Shown here one piece after another: positions 39,830-54,400 of a DNA stretch of 64,000 nt. Made by a program: the position numbers and the translations under genes. Numbering within the stretch: position 1 is the stretch's first letter; each line of letters begins with the position of its first letter. The stretch is from Camelus ferus (Eukaryota). Below the pieces are notes generated by a model. It did no database searches, was not told the DNA's origin, and worked only from the letters and a program-made list of their open reading frames with translations. The stretch spans positions 115,508,001-115,572,000 of the forward strand of contig NC_045696.1 in NCBI RefSeq assembly GCF_009834535.1, given 5' to 3'.

Positions 39830-40166
39830 GAAACAGACTCACAGACATAGAAAACAAACTTACGGTTACCAGTGGGGGAATGGGGTGGGAAGGGATAAAT
39901 TGGGAGGTAGAGATTTGCAGATACTAACTAATATACATAAAATAAATAAACAACAAGTTTATACTGTAGAGCACAGGGAACTATATTCAATATCTTGTAG
40001 TAACTTATGGCAAAAAAGAATATGAAAATGAATATATGTATGTTCCTATATGACTAACGTATTGTGCCGTGCACCAGAAATTGATACAGCATTGTAAATT
40101 GACTATATTTCAATAAAAAATATGTATATAAATACATTGAAAAATAAAAAGGTCAATAAAAAAAGA
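39830..40166 (+). mobile_element. Young lineage L1 3' end
   Basis: 17-bp TSD aagaaaataa(c/t)agagga at 39813-39829 and 40167-40183. Confidence 0.92.
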
Positions 40167-42806
40167 AAGAAAATAATAGAGGACTTTCTCATCTACTCTA
40201 GAACCTTCCTGGTATGCATAGAACAACATGAAAGCGTTTCCATTCCCACGGCTCTACCCTTGAGTAGATGACCCCTCCAGTTAAAGTCTCATTATTGTCT
40301 CAGATTATGGATGCAAAACTTGGATGATCATTAGAAATATTTGGGTAATATTTTTTTAATGTAGGTTATTGATAGCCACCCTGAGAAGCTTTTATTTACA
40401 AAATGTACAGTTGAGGTTGAGAACACACACACACACATTTTAAGAAAAATGATCCCCCCGTGAATCTGATCATTAGCCAGATTTTAACAGCACTGATGTC
40501 GGAGATACAGGAAGCAGTGCTAGGACAAATAACACCAGATGCCTAACTTCGTAAGGTTCTAGCCTTGAAAACAGCCCCTTCTATCCAAGAGCCACCATTG
40601 GCAGATCTCCCTTTTTGCTGCCACCAAATCAAATTTCCAAGATTGTCAAACTTGGTAGGGAGAAATAAATGCTTAATTAGTCTTTGACTGTCTCCCAAAG
40701 CAGAAGATGACCACAATCCTAGCTCTGAACAGCAGACTATGTATTTTTTTTATTCATCCAGTATGTGACTAAGACTTAAGCATTTCCGTGGGGGAGAGGT
40801 GTGCAAGACAAAAAATTGGCAGAAAACTACAAAATCAGCTCTCTTTGAGCTGTGCAGCTCCCTGTCTGGAATATTTCATCCTTCATCAGCCTGCTGAAAT
40901 TATTTTGATATTCCCCTTTTGGCAATGAAAATCTAGAAGGAAGGAAAGTTTTTCCTCTCCCTCTTCCCATCCTCTCCCTTGCGTGTTTTGTTCTCCCAGG
41001 CAAGGGTAGACTGTCCTGACCGTGTGCAGAAACCGTCCTCCCAACTTCCTGCCAGCTGCATGTAATTTGAGGACCCCTTAATCTCTAAAAATGTAACATT
41101 CACAGGTTCTTCTGGCAGATAAAGTCTTCTGGGATGTTCAGGATGCATGTGTGCACCCTCTGCAGCAGGGCCTAACCGAGATGTGCAAAAGAATGTACCA
41201 CATTCCCTTATGGTCCAGGGAAGAGATTCAGCCCGAGGTCAAACACACAACTAGGAATAATTTTCTTTAGTCGTCACTTTTCTACTGCCCCAAATACCCT
41301 GAGTTCCATCCTGGAAGACCATATCCACCAATCCGCTCTTTCCTTCCTGGCTTACCGCATCTCGGCAGAAGACCTCTATCGACCATTCATAAATCACACC
41401 TACAGATCTCAAGTGCTGTTCTCTGAAGCCAGTGCTTGACTGTGTGCTGCTGTGATGGATACGCTCAGGGGAAAAAACTAGGTGTTTGGCACTGTTAGTT
41501 GCCAGTGGGTTTGTGCTTTAGCTCTTCCAGGATAGCGCGAGGCTCAGAGAACCATTCCATAAATGTTCACTGAATGAAGGAACAGGGCTGCATTCACACT
41601 GAGGTCCTCTGGAAACAGAGCTTTAATCACAGGGAATAACGCATTTTTCTTGAGATTTACATCTGGCTTTAATTCAAATATGACTTCTCATCTTGCTTGT
41701 GCTTGAGGCAGCCTCAAGCACTGGAAATGGAAGAGAAACAGTGAATTTTCAGTCCAGGGGCAGGATCCAGCCAAATTTTATCTCCATGGGCTACAGCCTC
41801 CGTGAGAGGAAACCATCCCCGGAATGAAAGTAGGGGTGGAGAAAGATAAAGAAAGGACAGCAGAATTAGTCCAAGAAGATCAGAATTTGGGTGACTTTTC
41901 AGGACAAATTTGGAGAACTTTCCACACATTTCAACCTCAAAAAGTACAGAGAGAACCCATAAGACAAATATGTTTTTATAGGTTAAAAATAATTTCAAAG
42001 AAATTCTGAAGTAATTCTTCCCCAAATAATCATTTTTAAGCATTCAGCCCCATAAGAATCCATTTTTGCCTCCCTGTGAACGGGCCCACGTTACCTACCC
42101 AACTCTATGTTGTGAACTATTAACAAAGTAATGTTCTCCACAGATCACTGTTCTTTACTCTTCTAGGCCCATTAATTCATTTATTTATTAAAATTTTTAT
42201 TGACATATAGTTGGTTCAGAGTGTTGTGTTAGTTTCTGGTGTAGAGCAAAGTGATTCAGTTATACTATATATATGTGTGTATATATATATTTTTTTATTT
42301 GACAATACTCCACTTCATAGCTTAATCTCTCCTTCCTTTTCTCCATTTATTGAGAGTTCATTCTTCCTTCAAGATCCCTGAGCTATTCTAGTTTTGAACA
42401 AAGTCCTTCTAAGGGCTCTGGCCTTCTCTTATGTTTTTCGCCTCCTGTCTTGGTGCCCTTCCTGTCTTCACCACTAATGACTATTTCCTATTATTTTGTA
42501 ACTATTTAGAATGCATTCTAAACCATCAAGTTGAGAAATTTTTCGAGGGTGAGATTCCTGTCTTAAATACTATCATAGCAAAGGAACATAATGAGTGCTT
42601 AATAAATACTTCCTGAATTGGGTAGTATCAAATTGATCATTTCAACTTGCAAGTCTCATAGCCAGTCAAAATCATCACAAAGCCCATGGATTAGAGTCAT
42701 TTGAGGAGCAGGGCAGAGGACTCTCTTTCTTTTATATGTCTCTGCCTTTGGACTTGTGCAGATCTTTTTCTGAGATTCCAGGGGCCTCAGAGGACAAATA
42801 TGGACC

Positions 42807-42860
42807 AAGAAAAGAAAAGAAAAGAAAAGAAAAGAAAAGAAAAGAAAAGAAAAGAAAAGA
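42807..42860. repeat. (AAAAG)n pentanucleotide microsatellite
   Basis: About 11 uninterrupted units, directly visible. Confidence 0.95.
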
Positions 42861-45284
42861 AGAGTTTTCCAGTTTCAAGTTTGTGTAGTTTACTGCTGAG
42901 CCGAGCTGATTTACTCAAGTCTTTACTGCTGAGGGGAAATTTATATATTCTGAACAGGCAGAAATCCCTTGAGAGGTCTTGTGTGAACAAATCAAAGTAT
43001 GCCTAATTATTTGATCAATATGGCCAAATATTACATACTGGCCTGTTTTTCCTAGAAGATACGATCTCTTTCAAGTGAACAGCACATATATCATTTTTAC
43101 TGTTATCCTCCGTAATTGATTACTCACATGTTGGCTAATAAAAGGTATCTGACCTATGATCTCTTTCTTTTTATCAGAAAATGAGGAGTGTTTGAGAGCT
43201 GAGTATTTTATACAAATGTCCTCGCTCCTCTGCCAAGGATAAACTCCCCTACTTGTCCTCAGGAGGATTTGCCCAAGTTTACTATTTTCTTGAAATGGTT
43301 GGAACCCTTGATGGCCTCCAAGACTTTTCTGGATAAAGGAGTGTGTGTCGCATCTTCTTCCAATCCATCATAATTAGAACGGGTCAGTTGAAAACACTGC
43401 ATTTGAGCACCCTGTGACTGCAGGCTTGGAACGGCTCAGGGCAGCTGCCTTGCTGCCTTCGCCCCATCAGCCACACTTCATTGGGGAAGCACTCACCTTC
43501 CTAGGAGAGTTCAGGCTGCCTGGCTCTGCCACAGAGGCCTGGCTTCCCACCCAGCCTCTCTTAACCCTTCCCTGGAAACTAGATGTCCTTCCCAGGAGAG
43601 CTGGATGGATGGAGGGGCCTCAAAGGAAGTTTTCAGCATGACTTTTTCCTTTGTCAGCAGTGTGCTGATGGAGTGGTGGGCAGGCAGCAAGATGGGTGTT
43701 TTCATATGAATGTTTTAGATGGCACCAAATGGAGATGCTAATAAGCACATCCTGTCTTGTTCCTGACTTCACTGAAGATCTGTGGCTGCCCGGGTGGCTG
43801 ACAGCTTAGCACCTGGTGGAGCACCGTGGGGGTCCACTTGCAGAATCCGGCCACCAGTCCTTACAGAAAATTTGGATAGAAATAAAAGTAGCTGGAATAC
43901 ACTGGAATACATATAACTGCTCCATTAGGCACTATTTTGCTGGACACCTGCCCGCAGATTTACCATCTCAGGTCACCTTTTCCCATTGCTTCAAATTTTC
44001 TTCCAAAGCAACTGCCTGATTTCAAGGTTCCCATTGATTCCACTCCCCTGCCACCCACTTTTTCCCCCTCGCAGCAGGCACTCAAGGAAAAGGTTAAATA
44101 GAATTATCTTGAAATGTGTCGCTATAATCTGGAGGTCTAGGATAAGGAGACAAAATAGCTCTGGCAGTTTGTTTTACACACTATTTTTAGTTTACCCTGT
44201 TCCTTTCCATCTCATAACTAAAAGTAACACTCATCATCTCCCTTGTGTATGCCAGTATATCTTGGCAGAAATTTAAGTTAAAGTCTGGTTTTGTATAAGT
44301 AATTACCTTTGTTGGAAGGAGACCCAAATGCTTAGTTACTTCCAAATACATAGCAAGTAGTAGTATCAGTGTATTTTTTTCATAGAAACTTAAGTTGTAA
44401 TCCCAGTAGAGTCACTAGAACTGTGTTGCTTTGGGAAATTTACCTTCTTTTCTGGGCATCTATTTGCTTATCTATAATACAAAGTCATGGTATTAGAGGA
44501 TGGGTTGAACAAGAGAATTTTCAAGGACCTTTTTCAATTTCACATTTTACACTCTTGTGGGAGGAGAGCCGTTTTAAGGAATGCTTGTTTGTGTCTTAAT
44601 CCTTAAAATCAAGTTTTTAAAAAATGGAATCGATATTAGAACTAAAACTCTTACAGAGAATGTCTTTTCCTTTGTTCACTTAATTGTTTGGTTTGAGCAT
44701 CCAAGCCGCAAGAAGTGAATAGTTTGCTGAGTTCACTTATGTGAAGCAGTTGCCACAACTCCCAGATCCAATGATCTGCTTTCCCAAGTTGATAGGGATC
44801 TCCTTTCCTTTAAGAAAGTGACTTTTGAGCACAATTTACACAAAATGCTATTTCTTAGAGCACAAATGTTCATTCATTATGCATCAACTTATTATTTTAT
44901 TTGCCAGAGAGTTGTGGGAAAAGAGCCCATTCCCAGACGCTGGGGGAACTGCAGAAGTGAACACAATCTCCTCCCAATTCTCTGTAATGTTAATGAAGCC
45001 AAGAACTGCACACTGGGAGGCACAATTATCAAGAAAGTTATAACTGCCCCATGGGCCCTTTATTCTCTTGATTGATGACTCAGTAAAGGAATGCGGAGAA
45101 AGTAGCTTGAACTGGACGTGACTTTTTACAATCCATGTGTATCTTCCCAAGAAGATAGGATGGACTGAAATATAATGAGCCATCTGTGTTGATGCAATAC
45201 ATTGAAGTGAAAAGAGCAAAGATATTAAAGGATGTTAGGGAAGTCATCCATATTTCCATCTAGCCCCATGTCTCCATTCAACTC

Positions 45285-46085
45285 TTTATCCACTTATTTG
45301 TTCAAAAATATTTATTGAACATGTATTATGTGCCAAATATTGTGCTAAGGAAGAAAACTGGCAAGAACTTACATTTTAGAGTGGGGTGATGAGAGCAGGT
45401 ACTTAAGATAGAGAATGCTTTCTCTTATGACAGATTGAGATGTGTCGGGGCCAGGAGCCAAGGATGTCTTCTTGGATGAAGGAACATATCTTCTGAGATC
45501 TGGTATATGAGTTGGAGTGTTCAGGTGAGGAGCAGAGTGAGTAGTGAAGCGAAGGAGAGGAGGATGAGTGTGTGCCACCCGCAAAAGAAACAACAAACAC
45601 CAAGGTCAAGAGAAAAGAGAAAGTTGGAAATGGAATCAGTTCCGTTGAGACTGGCGACCTCCAAAGGGGGAAGGAAAAGACAGGAAATGGGGCTAGAAAT
45701 GTAACAAGAGAAAATCTTACAGAGTCTAGTAGGGGTTGTAGGAAGAAAAATGATGCATTTGGATCTGCGTATGAAAGAAATCACTCAAACTGCAGTATAG
45801 AAAAGAGAATGAATGCAGTGAGACTAACTAGGAAACTGATGCAAGAACCCAAACAAGACATGATGATCAATCGCCCTAGGAAAACATCCGTGGTTTCTGG
45901 AAAGAGGAAATTTTGAGAAATCCTCAGTAAGCAGAGTGAACATGACTTGCTGACTGGATGCTGTGATGAAAGGGAGCTCTGGTGAGTTTCTGCCTGGGTT
46001 ATGATGCCGTTCACTGGCCAAGATGGAATAAATGTGATCAAGGATGAAGAGAGTTACTGAAGAGGCTAGGATGACTTCTAATTTT
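45285..46085 (-). mobile_element. L2 fragment
   Basis: Antisense tail ttcaaaaatatttattgaacatgtattatgtgccaaatattgtgctaagg, then purine-rich body. Confidence 0.75.
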
Positions 46086-46254
46086 CAACAACATTCTAAA
46101 TTCCATATGCACATGATAAATCCAACCAGGGTTCTCCAGTGGGTGGTTTGTTTGGTTTGTTTCCGAAGTTTAGGGAAGACAGAGAAATTGAGATTTGAGA
46201 ATCATTATAAGGAAAATAATTCCTTATGTTCAATAAATATATTTGAACAATAAT

Positions 46255-46795
46255 GAAATACTAGCAAATGGACTCCAAAAATACATTTAAAGGATCATAT
46301 ATCATGATCAAGTGGGATTTACTCCAAGAATACAAGGAATTTTCCATTTCTGCAAATCAATGTGATACACCACGTTAACAAAGTGAAGAATCAAAGCTAT
46401 ATGAACTTCTCAATAGATGCAAAAAAAGTCTTTTGACTAGAGACTTTCTGATAGAATTCAACATCCATTTCTGATAAAAAAAAATCTTCAAAAAGTGGGC
46501 ATAGAGGGAACATACCTCAACATAATGAAGCCCTTAGATGACAAACCCCACAGCTAACATCATACTCAGTGGAGAAAAGCTGAAAGCATTTCCTCTAAGA
46601 TCAGGAACAAGACAAGGATGCCCACTCTCACCACTTTTATTCAACCTAGCTTTGGAGGTCTCAGCTATGGCAGCCGAACAGAAAGGAATTTAAATTGGAA
46701 ATAAAGAAGTAAAAAATTAAGTGTTTGCTGATGACATGATACTATACCTAGGAAATCCTAAAGATACTACCAGAAAATGACTGGATTTCATCAAT
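46255..46795 (+). mobile_element. L1 ORF2 reverse-transcriptase fragment
   Basis: Encodes [24 protein letters not shown] and FADDMILY motifs; disrupted. Confidence 0.92.
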
Positions 46796-46799
46796 GTTC

Positions 46800-47560
46800 A
46801 GCTGTGCACCTTGGGGAGGCGGACTACTCAAAACTACGTTCCCCAGACTTCCTTGCTAGCTGGATTCTGCTTTGGTTTGAGTAGTGAGAGAGACCTTGCG
46901 GAAACTGGGAGATGTGAAGAGGAAGAAGCTACTGATCTTTTTCTGTTACTTCCTGATGATGTCTCCAGCAGTAGCAACCATGTCTGCTGCATGTGGGCTC
47001 CCCTGATGCCAAAGATTCCCATGCAGTGATTTTAAATTTATATATACTATATATATATATAGTATATATATACACACACTATATATATATATACACAATA
47101 TATTCTATATATACACAATATATACTATATACAATATATTGCACATATATATACAATAAAATAAAATATATGTAAATATATATATACAATATATTATATG
47201 TTTGTGTGTATATATAGTGTGTGTATGTATATATAGTGTGTGTATATACACTATACACACACTATATATATATATAATTGAAGTATAGTCAGTTTACAAC
47301 GTTGTGTCAATCCAGGCAGTGATTTTAGCACCAGCAGCAGTCACTCGCACCAGTGTTGGCTGCAAGTGTGGCCCTGAACTTCCCCCTGTCCGGGGATGGT
47401 TCAAGTTCACTGGAGTTACTTCCTACCCTAACATGCCTCCTGTTCTTGCTCCCTTAGCCCTTCAGCACTCAAATTCCTAAACACTTCTTACACGACTCTG
47501 TGTAATAATCTTCTAGCTTCACCTTGTGCCATTCTGTTCCCCCTTTTAAAATTAATACTC
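46800..47560. mobile_element. ERVL LTR-like relic split by a micro-L1/(TA)n insertion
   Basis: ttccccagacttccttgctagctggattctgctttggtttgag...; the insertion sits between TSDs. Confidence 0.45.
47035..47311 (-). repeat. ~35-nt L1 3' tip with a ~240-nt compound (TA/CA) tail
   Basis: TSD cca(t/g)gcagtgatttta at 47019-47034 and 47312-47327. Confidence 0.8.
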
Positions 47561-47924
47561 CAAGCAGATTGAGGTTATTTTAATTCTTGTATTTTTTCAA
47601 TGATTATTGTGGATTTTTTTTCCAGTGGTTATCTTGTATTAAATCGCTTTCATTTGAAACACCTGGCATGGTTCTTGTGTTTCCAGTTGGCCCTTAATTT
47701 ATTCAGAGCCACTGCTGAAGCGAGAAGGCTGGCATTGTATGTGGCAACAAGAAACTTGCTGGAGACTCTGGCGGAAGTCATTCTGGTATGAAAGCGGGAC
47801 AAAAGTCCGACTGCTAGGGTTGAAGATACTGAATGGTGATCAATTCCAGAAAGCAAGGATTTTCTAGAAGTTTGGCCATGAATGAGAGGGGAGCGAGGGC
47901 AAGTGGGACACGGAGTTCTTGGCT

Positions 47925-48220
47925 TTGTGCTGTCATGTACAGTACCCTACACCACATGGAGTTACTGAGCACTTGAATTGTGGTTAGTTTGAATTGAGAT
48001 GTGCTGTAAGAATGAAACGAACTTACTGGATTTCATATGCTTAGTCTTAACAAAGACAATATCTCAATGTTTTTGTGTTGATTATATGTTAAAATAGAAA
48101 TAGAGTAGGTTTAATTGAAGTATTATTAAAATTCATTTAACCTATTTATTTTAAATTTTGTCTAATGTAGTTCATAGAACATTTAAAAATTACATATGTG
48201 GCCTGGACAGCGCTATTCTA
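47925..48220 (+). mobile_element. MER33-like hAT MITE
   Basis: gagcacttgaattgtggttagtttgaattgagatgtgctgtaag...aaattacatatgtggcc tggacagcgct. Confidence 0.8.
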
Positions 48221-48449
48221 GACTAAGACTGAAATAGCCAACAGCATCATAAGCCCTCTTTACATGTCATAGCCTACATGATACCTGGTTTAAAGAGTTA
48301 GACAGGACCTAAAAAATGCAATATGGATATGAGGCAATCTCACATAAAAACTAGCATAGATAAGTCAAAAAAATGCAGATTATTCCTGTACCCATAATTA
48401 TTAAAAATATATTAATATATTAAAATATTCTATGCTCAGAAGACTCTTA

Positions 48450-48705
48450 AGAACAAATGGGATGTAGGAGATATGATTGGATTCACACTAAGAAAATAAC
48501 TATTGTGGAAGTGCTCAATGTAAAATTGAGAAAGAGAATGAAAGCAAGACCAGTTAAAGGACTTCAGCAAGAGTCCTGGAGAGAGGTTGACGGAGACCTG
48601 AATTAAGGCAGTGTGGGTGGCATAGAGAGGAGAGGAGGGTAAAATGGACATGATGGGAATAGAATTGTCAAGGTTTGAATAATGATAGGATGTAGGGGTT
48701 TAGAG
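48450..48705 (-). mobile_element. L2 fragment
   Basis: gcaagaccagttaaaggactt...ggagacctgaattaaggcagtg. Confidence 0.65.
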
Positions 48706-50125
48706 AGAAGCCACACCACCTATCAGAGGTGAAGAAGACCATGGAGTTAGATTGAACACTCAGGTTTCAGAGAGGATGTATCATCACCTTTGAAAAAAGT
48801 TTGCTTATATTGCTTGTTGGCCAAGAACCAGAGACAACATTGAGTTTCCTAATGGAATAGCCCAATCTCCTTGTACCAAACATTCTCCTGAAACCCACAA
48901 ATGTTTGGTCTGGTGGTGATGAAGTCAGATGCAACTATTCCAGCTTTTATCCACAATCCAGTGTTTAATCTGAACATCTGCTGGTTTCTAATATGATATC
49001 ACTCAAATGGTGCTGAACAGCTACAGTCTGAAACTACCCTGGGAGCGGAAGCAGCAGATAAGGGTTCAAGACCTGGCTTCATCAAAACCAATTATGATAC
49101 AAACAAACAAACAAAACCAACTATGGAAGAGACATTACCTAGTGGAATCTCAACTCCTTCACCTATAAAATAAAGATGGAAATATCTACCACCAGACTGC
49201 TTTAAAATTATACAAGTCCATATAAATGAACATACTTTATAAACATGGAAGCTTTACATATATATTTTTTTTTTCATGGCTTCTATTTCAAATTTACACA
49301 AGGGTTTTATTTGGGGAAAATATGAACATTTCCAGAAGGGAACTTTAAATGATTAACTTCCTACACTGTGGGAGAAAAAAATAATTCTGAGCTAAAGACT
49401 CTATAGAGTTTCCAAAACTCACCTCATCCCCCGTAATAAATGTGTGTTGGTGTGAGTGTGTTTCTGAGGCGAGGGTGAGTAGGTGTGTGTTTCAGAGTAG
49501 AGGTGTAGAAAGGAAGCATCACTGCTTGAAAAAGCTACACTTGACTGTTTTGCAAATCAGTTTCTACAATTAACCCTGCTGATCTGCTTATATACCCAAA
49601 ATAGCATAAACACACAGAGTTGTTTTCATTAATTTTTGATAAGCAGTAAGACTTACAAATATTTTACTCCCAAGCATATGTTGCCTGCATTTGGCTTCAG
49701 TGGCAGGCATATGCTTTGACATATGATATTCCATCTTGCACCACACGACTGTGATTCACATCTAAAACAATAGCTGAACTACACGTGGGCATCTCATTGG
49801 CTGAGCGTTTGGCTCATTTGTATTCAGGGTTCTTTGAATATGACTCTAAGTAGGAGAAATACACAAATACCTATACCTGGGACACTAATTTTATGAATGT
49901 CTATTACCCTAGCCATTCCTAAGACAGTAATGGAAATAGTGTGTTGGATGTCTACATGTATAATTTGTTTGTGAATGTTTTGCCCCTATGACACCCATTT
50001 GTCCTCAGATAACCCCACAGCAATCTGATACACTGGGACTCTTTCTTGGAAACATAACTGATGAAGTCATTTCTTTGTTTGTTTGTTTTAAGCAGCCCAA
50101 CAAGCACAATACTTGGTACAATGTT

Positions 50126-50899
50126 GTTATTTTTTTTTAATTGAAGTATAGTAAGTTTGCAATGTTGTGTCAGTTTCTGGTGTCCAGCGTAATGTTTCAA
50201 TCATACATATACTTATATATATTCAATTTAATATTCTTTTTATTATAGGTTACTACAAGATACTGAATATAGTTCCCTGTGCTATACAGAAGAAACTTGT
50301 TTATCTATTTTATCTACAGAAGTTAGCATCTACAAACCTCAAGCTCCCAATTTATCCCTTCCCATCCCCTTTCCTTCCTGGTAACCACAGGATTGTTTTC
50401 TATGTCTGTGAGTCTGTTTCTGTTTTATAAATAAGTTCATTTGTCTTTATTTTTTTTTAAGATTCCACATATGAGTGATATCATGTGGGATTTTTCTTTC
50501 TCTTTCTGTCTTACTTCACTTAGAATGATGACTTACAAGTCCATCCATGTTGCTGCAAATGGCATTATTTTATTCTTTTTTATAGCTGAGTAGTATTCCA
50601 TTGTATAAATACACCACAACTTCTTTATCTAGTCATTTGCTGATGGGCGTTTAGGTTGTTTGCATGTCTTGGCTATTGTAAACAGTGCAGCTGTGAACAA
50701 TGAGGTGTATGTATCTTTTCAAATTAGACTTCCCTCAAGATATATGCCCAGAAGTGGAATTGCTGGATCATATGGTAAGTTTATTTTTAGTTTTTTGAGG
50801 AATTTCCATACTGTTTTCCATAAAGGGTGCACCAAATTTCATTCCCACCAGCAGTATAGGAGGGTTCCCTTTTCTCTATACCCTCTCCAGCATTTATTA
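50126..50899 (-). mobile_element. Young lineage L1 3' end
   Basis: TSD ttggta(c/g)aatgtt at 50113-50125 and 50900-50912. Confidence 0.92.
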
Positions 50900-51461
50900 T
50901 TGGTAGAATGTTTTTTAAAACAATAAAAGATCCCAGTAGCAACTCAGCAATTGGAGAGTCAAGAAAATTTACACATAAAACAATTAACAAGCCACTATTA
51001 TATCTGAATACAAAGTTTTATATTATTCAGTGAAAACTAGTAGATTCTACCATCCACCACTGTCAGACTGAATCCTGGAATAATTGAGGAGTTCAAGGAT
51101 GTTATAAGGGACATACAATGAAGAAATATGACTAAGCTTGTACAAGCCACAGGCAAGCTAAGAACTTCCAAAGAGCAGGGTAAGGCATTCCAGTTGAAAT
51201 TCACATCACAAACCAATGTGTGAAGGTTGGAATCAGTGTTTGGGCCAATTGCAAGGGAGGCTGCTTTTACCAGGGCAGAAGCTTTTGGAGAGGAATTTGC
51301 CTGAGTTATCTAAAGACCTGCTCCTAAGGAATATAAGTGATAAGTTGAAGTGATAAAAATTGATGGGTAAACATTGGAGGGCCATGTTGGTTCTTCATCA
51401 GGGGGCCAGTGGAAAGAAGACGAGATTAACCTGGGGTAGTGTTCAATGAAGATTAAAGGCA

Positions 51462-54400
51462 GAGAATGATGTCATCAAGATGGCAACATAGATTGTTCCT
51501 GCCTTAGCACCCCCTTACAAGAAGAACGACTAACACTATTCATGATGACACCACTGAGGGAATCTTAGAACATGGGAGTGAGGCTGAAGCCTGCCCTGCA
51601 CCATAGAGACCAAGATAGACTGCATTAGAAGGGAAAGAGGAATGGCTGCTTGCTGACTGCATTGCCCCTCCCCCAGTCTGCCCCAGCATCATGCCTACAG
51701 GCCCTTCCTTAGCCTCTGGTTCCTCCAGTGGAAAAAGAGAAACCAGAAGGTTATATCCAGTTCCCCTAGCACCGTGGAATGCTTCGTGGGACTGCCTACT
51801 CTGGTTTGTCTCCATAGGTATAACAGGGAACTCTGCAGGGCTGAAATGAATCCCTAGGAAACCGACTATGACAGAGAAGAGGGGAGGGGTTTCCAACAAC
51901 CAGCTTGGATCTTGGCCGATGGAGTTCCTAACTGCAAAGCCCAAGGTGTAGTCCCAGCCAGTGGCTTTGCTCATGCACAGAACTCAGTGGAATAGTCTGA
52001 CCAGGCAACTTGGTGGGGTGTAGGTCTTCCTAATTCAGATCCCCAGATGGGGGTTTTGCCCCTGCTGGAGCCTGCTCTTTCCCCAGTTAGACAGAAGAGC
52101 TGAGTCACAGCCTCACCTGCTGTGGAACATGGCTCCCAATCCCATCTGTCAGGAAGGGCTGGCAAGAACACTTGCAAGCTGCATAACCCAGGGACTCTCG
52201 ATCCAAGAAGTGGGCAGGCTGAGTTGATCACCACCAGAGCAAAGACAGTTCCCCGTCCAGCCAGGGAACTGGGGGCACAGGTTGGCTTGAGTCACGATCA
52301 CAGTGAGTAACCCTATTGGCCTTGGAGCTGCTTCTCCTGCTGCTCCTGGGCAGGAAACTAATTTGTAACCCGCTGCTTGCCGAGTACAGCCTTCAGCCCA
52401 TCTGAACGGTGAACCATAATAGGGCACACAGGAAGCCGCACAGCCCATCCAGCAGCCCTGCGTACGGTGGCATCGGGACAAAGAGCACAGCCTGTGGCTT
52501 TCCCCACCTGCAGAGCAAAACTGGTGGCCTTACTTGACTAGCATAGTCAGTGCGCACTCTACTCTTGCCTGATTTGGGTCCCCAATGAGCTGTGTAGGCC
52601 CTCACTCCTCTCCTACTTCCCTGCCAGGACAGGGAAGCCAATTCACAGCTCCGTCTACTACCCAGTGTATACCCAGTCCCTGGCCTGACCAGAAAATCCA
52701 GCAACCACAAAGCCCATCCTAAACCTTCACTTGAGCAGAAACCAAGCCAGCAGTCCTCTTGAGCTATTCTCTACCAATGGCACACCCTTCACCTCAGAGC
52801 TCAAACAGGTGCCTCACTCTAAAATGGACCCTCCTAGCTGGCCCCACCTGCCAAGAACATCACCAGCAGAGATGTCCAGAAACCCAAGATGAGCTGACTG
52901 GTAAAGAACTACCTCTAAGTCTGGAAAAAGACACCGCTTACTCAATGGGCAGATACCAATTAGGGAATCAAGGATCATGAAAAATCAAGTAAATATGGCA
53001 TCACCGAAGGAAACTAATAAAACTCCACTAACAAACTCTAAAAAAATGGAGATCTATAAACTATAGATGAAGAATTCAGAATAATTCTTTTAAAGAAGTT
53101 TAGCAAACTACAGGAACACAGAGACAGACAACAAAACAGAGTTAGGAAACCAATTCATGAATAAAAGGAGAAGCTCAACAAAGAAATAGAAATCATCAAA
53201 AGAACTAAAAAGATATCCTAGAGCTGAAAAATACAGTAACTGAACTGAAGAATTCAAAAGAGAGCTTAAAAAGCAGACTTGACCATAAAGAAGAGTCAGC
53301 AACCAGGAAGACAGGACCTTTGAAAAATTTTTCAGTCAGAAGAGGAAAAAAAAAAAATAGAGAAAGAGAGAGAAAGAGAGAAAGGAAAAAGAAAAAAGAA
53401 AAAGAAAAAAGAGAAAGAATAAAAAAGAATGAAGAGTGAAGAAAGCCTTATAGGATTTCTAGGACACAACAAAAAGAAACAATATTTGCATTTTTATTAT
53501 GGGAATTCCAGGGGGAGAGGAGAGAGAAGGGAACAGAAAAAAACCAGTAATGGCTGAAAACATCCCAAACCTGGGGAGAGAAAAAGACATCCAGATCCAA
53601 GAAGCCCAAAAGACTCCCAAATAGGTTGAATCCAAATATAGCTATATGGAGAAAAATTAGATTGCTGAAAGTCAAAGATGTAGACAAAATTTTTTAATTG
53701 GCAAGAAAAAAGAGAGAAATTAAATTACATACAAGGGAACTTCCATAAGGCTACTGGTGATTTCTCAACAGAAACTTTTCAGGCCAGAAGAGAATGGGAT
53801 GACAAATGGAAATATTGAAAGAAAAAACTGTCAACACTTTTGTAAATGAAGATTTTTATAACTGACAAAACTGTCCTTCAGGAATGAAGGAGGAATAAAG
53901 ACTTTTCCAAACAAACAAAAGCTGAAGGAATTTATCACCACTAGACCTGCCTTACATGAAATACTAGAGGGAGTTTTTTGAGTAGGAGTGAAAGAATGCT
54001 AATTAACATCATAAAAAGGTGAGAAGGCAGTGAAAAACTCACTGGTAATGGTAAACATGTAGTGGAAACTGGAGTCTGCAGTAATGGTGATGCTACTTCA
54101 TTTACAACTCTAGTTTAAAAATTAAAAAACAAATACATTAAAAAACCATAACTAAAATTATCTGTTACCATGTACATGATATAAAACAATATGTAAACTG
54201 TGACATCAATAACCTAAAATGTGAGGGGGAGGTAAAGTAAAAGTGTAAAATATAGAAATTTTATTGAATTTAAATTGTCATTGTTTAAAATAGTGTTTTA
54301 TTTTTAAAATATTTTAGGTAAGCATCATCACAACCATGAGAAAAAAAACTTGTAATGATTACAGTAAAGTACATGACAAGGCAAAACATTCCTGATAGAA

